From Auanema rhodensis (taxonomy: Eukaryota > Animalia > Nematoda): 64,000 bases of DNA. The notes below the pieces were generated by a model. That model was not told the DNA's origin. It saw only the letters and a program-made list of their open reading frames with translations, and did not search any database. Below are positions 62,931-64,000 of the stretch, one piece after another. Location: contig OZ059900.1 in the NCBI GenBank assembly GCA_964057225.1, positions 25,172,001 to 25,236,000 on the forward strand, in the 5' to 3' direction. The position numbers were made by a program, and so were the translations under genes. The stretch's first letter is position 1. Each line of letters begins with the position of its first letter.

Positions 62931-64000
62931 TTTTTTGTCGTGAAAGTGGAACTAGACGTTGTACGAACAATTTTGAGCTAGGTTTCATTGACATTGCATG
63001 AGTTTGAACACATGCAATCGTAAGTCAAAACCTTGTTTACAGCGAAATTTCCAAAAACTGGTTTTCCAGCATAATAAAATATTTCTCATGGGAAATACTG
63101 TGTTTTTGTATTTTTCTAGTGTTCAGCATGTAAAATGCTTCATTTTAGTATGTAACACGCTGAAATTTGTTGCATTTGACGACTCATATGAACAAAAATC
63201 GATTTAATCAATATTAGCCATAAGGGGCGTGCCCTCAGAATATGCTAATTTCCTTAATTTTCTAACCCCTGTTTTTTTGTCGTGAAAGTGGAACTAGACG
63301 TTGTACGAACAATTTTGAGCTAGGTTTCATTGACATTGCATGAGTTTGAACACATGAAATCGTAAGTCAAAACCTTGTTTACAGCGAAATTTCCAAAAAC
63401 TGGTTTTCCAGCATAATAAAATATTTCTCATGGGAAATACTGTGTTTTTGTATTTTTTTAGTGTTCAGCATGTAAAATGCGTCATTTTAGTATGTAAAAC
63501 GCTGAAATTCGTTGCATTTGACGACTCATATGAACAAAAATCGATTTTATCAATATTAGCCATAAGGGGCGTGCCCTCAGAATATGCTAATTTCCTTAAT
63601 TTTCTAACCCCTGTTTTTTTGTCGTGAAAGTGGAACTAGACGTTGTACGAACAATTTTGAGCTAGGTTTCATTGACATTGCATGAGTTTGAACACATGAA
63701 ATCGTAAGTCAAAACCTTGTTTACAGCGAAATTTCCAAAAACAGGTTTTCCAGCATAATACAATATTTCTCATGGGAAATACTGTGTTTTTGTATTTTTC
63801 TAGTGTTCAGAATGTAGAATGCTTCATTTTAGTATGTAACACGCTGAAATTCGTTGCATTTGACGACTCATATGAACAAAAATCGATGTAATCAATATTA
63901 GCCATAAGGGGCGTGCCCTCAGAATATGCTAATTTCCTTAATTTTCTAACCCCTGTTTTTTTGTCGTGAAAGTGGAACTAGACGTTGTACGAACAATTTT

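Larger units (their letters stand above)
1..64000. repeat. Tandem satellite DNA array, 342-bp monomer, about 187 head-to-tail copies, single orientation (probable centromeric/pericentromeric heterochromatin)
   Basis: TTTTTTGTCGTGAAAGTGGAACTAGAC recurs at 1, 343, 685 and so on to 63957. Homologous ORF starts sit at 158, 159 and 160 mod 342, so the period is exact apart from two +1 indels. Most copies differ from consensus by 0-8 substitutions. The centromeric location is inference only. Confidence 0.99.

Noticed and set aside
500-63627. Repeated 61-93 aa ORFs (MGNTVFLYF..., MSLNTCNRK...) as a tandem gene family
   Set aside because: They are one reading frame of the monomer (342 is divisible by 3). 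They pass the length cutoff only when A276T removes TAA (275-277) or A85C removes TGA (83-85). The consensus copy has both stops, many variants are non-synonymous, and I recognise no domain.
1-64000. CRISPR array or other repeat-spacer system
   Set aside because: There are no unique spacers. The entire 342 bp is repeated with only point differences, and no cas genes are present.
1-64000. Embedded transposon, inversion or unique insert
   Set aside because: The monomer register is kept from start to end apart from two +1 bases, leaving no room for an insertion, and no reverse-orientation copy was seen.
1-64000. Rolling-circle or PCR concatemer artefact
   Set aside because: Variants are shared in linked, hierarchically duplicated haplotypes rather than as random errors, which indicates a genuinely evolved array. 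Local misassembly cannot be excluded.

Overview
The whole 64 kb window is one uninterrupted, head-to-tail tandem array of a 342-bp AT-rich monomer (about 34% GC by hand count; 187 full copies plus a 44-bp partial, all in one orientation). This is eukaryotic satellite DNA of the centromeric/pericentromeric type. I cannot assign it to a named family or species. I found no genes, RNA genes, transposon insertions or CRISPR spacers. The listed ORFs are by-products of the monomer, switched on or off by two stop-codon SNPs. Copies differ almost only by substitutions (two net +1 indels in 64 kb). Typing each monomer by its diagnostic SNPs shows a patchwork of short-lived local higher-order repeats (3-, 5-, 6/12-, 7- and 11-mers), several chimeric monomers marking unequal crossovers, and an 8-monomer block at 20.5-23.3 kb that matches one 25.3 kb away. 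The monomer appears to be an ancient dimer of about 171 bp and is dense in dyad symmetries. I see no evidence of a novel protein-coding system; the interest lies in the array architecture and monomer structure. Monomer positions below are numbered as in the first copy (window 1-342). All typing was done by eye.
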